Positions 58,561-64,000 of a stretch of 64,000 nt of DNA are shown piece after piece. This stretch comes from the human T2T-CHM13v2.0 reference genome, Homo sapiens. Where the stretch lies: the NCBI RefSeq assembly GCF_009914755.1, contig NC_060930.1. One strand, 5' to 3'. Numbering within the stretch: the first letter of the stretch is position 1; each line of letters starts with the position of its first letter. Below the pieces are notes generated by a model, which saw nothing but the letters and a program-made list of their open reading frames with translations, had not been told where the DNA came from and ran no database searches. Made by a program: the position numbers and the translations under genes.

Positions 58561-60976
58561 AAGATAAACAGACTATTAACTATGATCCAGGAGGAACTGG
58601 AGTGGGAGGCCTGGCCCCACCGTGTCCCACACAGCAGCAACTGCACAAAGAAAGGAGGGCCAAGGGCAGCATTTCATCTTCCGAGCCCACACTCGGTGCC
58701 TGTGCTCCTCACAGGAGCCTTCTGCACTTACCAGGGGGCCATCTGAGGGCCTCCACACCACATTCAATTCCAGCAAGAACTGTTGGAGAACTGCAAGAAC
58801 CCTTTCCTGAAGGAAACCCAGAGACTCTCCTACTCTTCGTAGAGAATGGGAACCTTCAACTTTGATTCCTAAACTTTCCCAACATAAGTGACTTCAATGT
58901 GGCTTTCTGGTTTGTTTCTTAAGACCATTCAAATACTTGGAAGGTTCCTCCTTTTTACCTTCTCACTCTATTCCTGCGATCCCACAGTTATAGGTTCTCC
59001 TCGTGCCTCTGGTCCAATACCAGGCGTCCGTCCACTAAGTAGCAATGACGTCCCTGGGCAGTCACGCTCAGCCTGCTCGTCTATCTTGTATTCATGAAAG
59101 CCTTATAATTTCCTCATCTAGAAGACTATGTAACTAATATCTACCAGACTAAAAATAAATCATAATAAATGCCCATAAAGATGGGGGTATGAAATGTGAA
59201 ATTGATCCTAGACTTTGCCCATACTGACCATGTGTTTATGGCACTGAGAGAAAAGTCCTTGAAATCAGTCGGCCTTGATTTTTGTCATCCTGCCTGTATC
59301 TCTGTGAGTGATACTATTTTAAGGACCTGTAATGAAGTAAAGATAGTGTAATAGTCTATGTCATAAAAAGTGATATTTTTTATCATAGCAATTGACTATC
59401 CTAGGAAACACTACCCGGTTGGTTGCAGTGGCTACAGTATCTCCCCATCACTTACTCACCTGGAACCTCTCTGCTGATGATACGGGGCTAAAGTTCTTCT
59501 GTAGGTAGCAAATGTTCTGCTACCTCCTGCTCTCGCTGTGATGACATGTGATGCTTGGACCTCTCTTTCTGAACCTTCCCGCCATCATTCTTGCACTTCA
59601 GCAGATTCTTACTTTGATTTCTCTTTTTCAGGATCCCAGTATCACTTACTGCTTACATCATTTCACTACATTTTCTCACCTCTCAAAACCTCAATTTTCT
59701 CCCCTGTGAAGGGGAATAATAATAGTATTTAGCTCATAGGGCTATTCTTAGTTTTAAATGACCTAATCTTTGTAAATGACATTATATTGTTGTTATTATT
59801 ACTCCACCATGAGATAAGACAGCGAGAAATAGATTTAACACAGACAGCTGGACTTAACTCTCTGCTCTTTTTTTGAAGCACTCTGTTCCCCGAATCATGT
59901 TGGCCAATAAGAAAAGAGATGAGCTTTTACTTCACAAGCTTGAATTCAGCTTAATTCAATGATAACTGAATCTATTGTTATAATTATCCAGTAGAGGGAT
60001 AAATTGATGAACCCACCTATTTTTCTTAGTATAACTTTCAGGTCAAAACAGTAATTAATCAGAGAAGACCTTAGCTTGCCTTTTTGTAGTCTTGACCAAA
60101 TCATTGTCAATTGGTATGTAAAAAAGAAATTAACCCATATAATTGGTCTTTAAAAAGCTATATAGACTTACTGAAATAGCAGAATGTAATAGCATTTGAT
60201 GTAGGGTGTCAACAAATAATATGAATTTTGCACAGTGCTCTCTTAACTAGAATTAATTATATAAACATTTGGTCTTTTCAGGTTTTCTTAGAACTTGACT
60301 TGACACCTGATTTTGATGCTTATGAGGTTTCTGACTTACTTTGAAGAATTACATAGTTGCTTTGTGATCATCTTTTCAGTTGAAATACAGGCATCCATTG
60401 AATAACTGTCATTTCTAAATGCTTATTCCAAAGTTACATTGTGATATTATAAAAAGTAATATTAGGTGAATAGAAACCAGAGAGCATCCAAAGTTCAGTC
60501 TTTATTCAGAGGCAGTAACTGAGATTCAGAGAAGTTAAATAACCTGCCCATAGTTAAATAGCTAGTGAGTTATTGAATAGTATAGCTACTAAGTTATTGA
60601 AAATTATATCTCAGGCTATTTGCCTTGAAGTCCAGTATTCTTTTCACTATATCAGTATGATCCCATTGTTAGTGTTGTACATTTCATAGATAAATGAATC
60701 TACTTTGCAGTTGGACAACGACAATTGTTTAGAAATTGTCATTGTCTATGTGAGGGAAATTTAGATATTGAATTGACTCTTAGGCCAAGATTCATGATCT
60801 CTTCAGGTGACCAATGGCCCCATTCAGAAGATGAAAACGTTTCCTCAAGCTTTTGGAAATATGATGGCTTAGTAACCTAGTGCTTTAGTGACCCAGCCTT
60901 CGGTGTCAAGAAGAGAGAAAGAGAACGAGACATCCAGCTGGGAATCGAGTGCTTACTTCAAAGCTTTTATCTTCAG

Positions 60977-61035
60977 AGGAAAGAAATCTTGTGAATTTCA
61001 TTAATGTCAACAAGATCTGAGAAGATTTGAAGTGG
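60977..61035 (+). ncRNA. Candidate non-coding exon (59 bp)
   Basis: cttttatcttcag| acceptor and tgg|gtaagc donor; stops in all three frames. Confidence 0.3.
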
Positions 61036-61979
61036 GTAAGCCCTTGGGCATCTCTAGCGTGCCAGATGCCGTGGTTATTGTAAGTTTTGGTTGAAAAACC
61101 ATTGCAACTTTGATTCACACACCCATGAACCAAGACTTTGGAAATATCCATTGTAAGGTTGTATTTAAGGGAATGTAGGGAACCTTCGGTTTCCAAGAGA
61201 ACATGAAGTCAGCCAAGGAAGCAGTGGCTAAGCATGGCCCAGACACAGAAACACCCAGGATTCCAAATGGGGAAACACACATTATGGTTAAGGGGGAGAA
61301 AAGTTGAGTCCCCTCAAAGTTACATAGCAAAGCTAAAAAAATAGAGTGAAAGAAGCATTTCTTTAGGATTCTAAAAGCAGATAACTTCACGGCTTCTCCC
61401 CAAAAGGCTCTTCTCTTACTCATTGTTTAAAAAGAAAAAAAATGAATTTGGTCCTAGGTTTTCCCCTGCCTCTTTCTTTTCTTTCTCACTCCTTCACCTC
61501 CAGAAAAGACCAGATTGGAATTCATAGCTGTTTCCCTATAATTATCTAAACTTTACTGGAGAAAACTCTTATTCTAAAACAGGTAACACTATTTCTATAT
61601 AGTAAATTCAGTCCAAGCTAACCCAAACAAACACATTTCTGGCAAAACAAATGGTGACAATTTAATCTAGGTATTGAAACTGTAAATATCTTAAAAGATA
61701 AAATATACCTGTAGCTTTCCTTTTCCCCTTTCTTAATTCATATTAAAAAAACTCAAAAGCAACCATTTCTAAATTCGCAAACATTATGAGTTATTGTTAA
61801 TGACTTTTTTTAGCAATATGTTATCTGTTGAATAAATTTCTTTTGAAAATTTTTAGCTTTATTTCACTAAAATTGACATTTCTGCTTAAAAAACAAGGAG
61901 TAAATACAAACAAGGAGTTTCTGTTTTGGTCATCTCAATCTTTTAACTACTAAATCCAATAAACACAAAGGAAAAATTT

Positions 61980-62275
61980 GGCTGGGTGTGGTGGCTCACG
62001 CCTGTGATCCCAGCACTTTGGGAGGCCAAGGCGAGCGGATCACTTGAGGCCAGGAGTTCGAGACCAGCCTGGTCAACATGGCAAAACTCTGTCTCTACTA
62101 AAAATACAAAAATTAGCTGGGCATCGTGATGCACACCTGTAATCCCAGCTACTCAGGAGGCTGAGGCAGGAGAATCGTTTGAACCTGGGAGGCAGAGGCT
62201 GTAGTGAGCCAAGGTTGCACCACTACACTTCAGCTTGGACCACAGAGTGAGGCTCCGTCTCAAAAAAAAAAAAAA
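61980..62275 (+). mobile_element. AluS (Sz-like)
   Basis: Full dimer with poly-A; TSD-like aaaggaaaa. Confidence 0.93.
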
Positions 62276-62419
62276 GGAAAATTTATTCAGAATCATCCAA
62301 CAGAGAATCTGTGATGGCTTAGTGTCGTCAAGAAACATGATAATAATAAATGCAGTGAGTTCCACCTGCACAAACCTGCCAAGACCTGAGCCAGGCCGCC
62401 AGGGCTCGCTTTCTCTCTC

Positions 62420-62965
62420 ACCACAGCGGATGACATCACTGCAACCCAATCAGAAGAAAGCCAGCTTTAGCTGTGACTGATGACGTCAAAGGTTACAGGT
62501 CTTAATAGGTGAAAATCCTTTTACTTGGGCCTTAAAGCTCTTGAAATTTTTTAGTTCAGCATTTGAGAATCAAAAATATGCCTTTTCTGGTCCAGAAAGA
62601 AACTATTTGATTTCTTCTGTCAGCATTTTTTTTTTAAATTCCACTCAGTGTTGCTTCAGCGAGATTACCTGGCCCCAGTGGGGAACACATGGCAAGGCGA
62701 TTTCTGCAGTCGGCTTGATTCCGACAAATGCTGGGTACGGAAAGAGCTTGGATCTGGCCTGAGTTCACTCAAGCGCCATGTGTGCAAAGTGGCTACGCCT
62801 GGCAGCAAATGCTCCACATGCCAACGGCCAGAGCACAGCCCTAGACCGATGGCGGTGCGGCTGAACCACGAGGCCTCCGCAGCTATTTATTTCAGAGCCT
62901 TGGTTTTATGGCTGTCATTCAGCCTTGGGTGCGTGGAGAGAGTCAGTCTGCCTGAGTCAATGTCT
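62420..62965. promoter_or_regulatory. Putative signal-responsive enhancer/promoter motif cluster
   Basis: Perfect CRE TGACGTCA 62481-62488, TGACATCA 62432-62439, CCAAT ~62447, MEF2-like ctatttattt ~62883, AP-1 TGAGTCA 62953-62959; locally raised CpG. Confidence 0.4.
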
Positions 62966-64000
62966 CATGCTCTCTGCGGCTAAGGTGAATGTTGTTCTAT
63001 CAGTATAATCGTCATGTATTTGTCTGAGATAGTTGCTAATTTCTACAGTCAGTTCTACAGTCTAGCTATTGTGTACCTAGGAAGTAACACAAACCATTGT
63101 TGTTACTGAGCCTGGCAAGTTGCATCATAAAATTCAAGCTTCCGAAAGCAGGTATTTAGTGTGAAGAAAGACTGGTAATGATAGTTTTATCATCATCTCA
63201 GTCACCTCTTAACCATTTCCTGATTCACTCAGGTGGTTTTTAATGGAGTTTCCCAAGTTAGTGTTTCCTGGGAGAATGTTTGGTTCGTTGCCTTCTAACA
63301 GCCTCCAGCTCTTCAGGCATCTCAGGCAGGAGAGCGTGTTGGGGCCGGGACTCTCCTCCCGTGGACCTGACAACTCTGCCTTCCCCGGTGTGGTCTCGCT
63401 GTTCCCTTTGAGAGTGCGATGCTGCCGCTTCAGCCAGGACGTTCTCAAAATTAGCAGAAGGGCTTCCTTCCTGAAATCGTGCCTATTTAGGATTTTCTTA
63501 GTCATTACGAAAAAGTATAGATAGAGTTCATAAATGACTTCATCTATTCGGTATCAAATGAACAACACTTCAGGCATGTTGAATGAGCAATCTAAAGGAA
63601 GCATTTATTTGTTTAATTTTTCCAGTGCCTTCAATAAGGCTTTCATTTCCAAATAACTCCTTTGTGTATTGCTGTTCATACAATGGCTATATATTTACCA
63701 TTTAACAGTATTGCCCCAAAGCGTAAGAGTGAGAAAAATCCAAATTTGAATTAAATTCTCCCTGAGCCTCGCAGTGGCCGTCACACGTTCCCCTCCTGCT
63801 TTTCGCGTCTCTAGGATCTCCGAGTGTCTTGACTACAACAAACCGTTCAGAGTTCTCAAGACGCAGGGCTCGGTGGCAAGCAAAGCGCCACGGGGGACAC
63901 ACAGCGCGTGGAGGCTCTGGAAGCAGTGGGGTGCGTGGGCCCAGACATACTTCCATGGAGGAGAAAGTGACCACTGTATGCTACAGGAAGCGTGGCTAAT

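Overview
This window is primate genomic DNA, almost certainly human, because it carries human-lineage AluYa5 and AluYb8 copies. It looks intergenic or intronic, and I cannot name the locus. I find no credible protein-coding gene: the ORF-track entries are Alu-, L1- or microsatellite-derived, or are short chance ORFs. The window holds 21 Alus, several L1s of different ages (one 5'-inverted, twin-primed copy with TSDs), MaLR/ERVL LTRs, a MER2 DNA transposon, and L2/MIR relics. It also has two GC-rich minisatellites (45-46 bp and 33 bp units) and several microsatellites. The most unusual structure is a 105-bp, 94%-identical inverted repeat (33926-34030 / 34850-34954) bracketing about 820 bp. Other points of interest are a VNTR built from XBP1/CREB3-type motifs, a palindrome-rich VNTR, splice-site-bounded non-coding exon candidates on both strands, dense TF-motif clusters and small template-switch scars. 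I see no evidence for a novel multi-gene system. Repeat subfamily calls are from memory of consensus sequences, and boundaries of old repeats are approximate.
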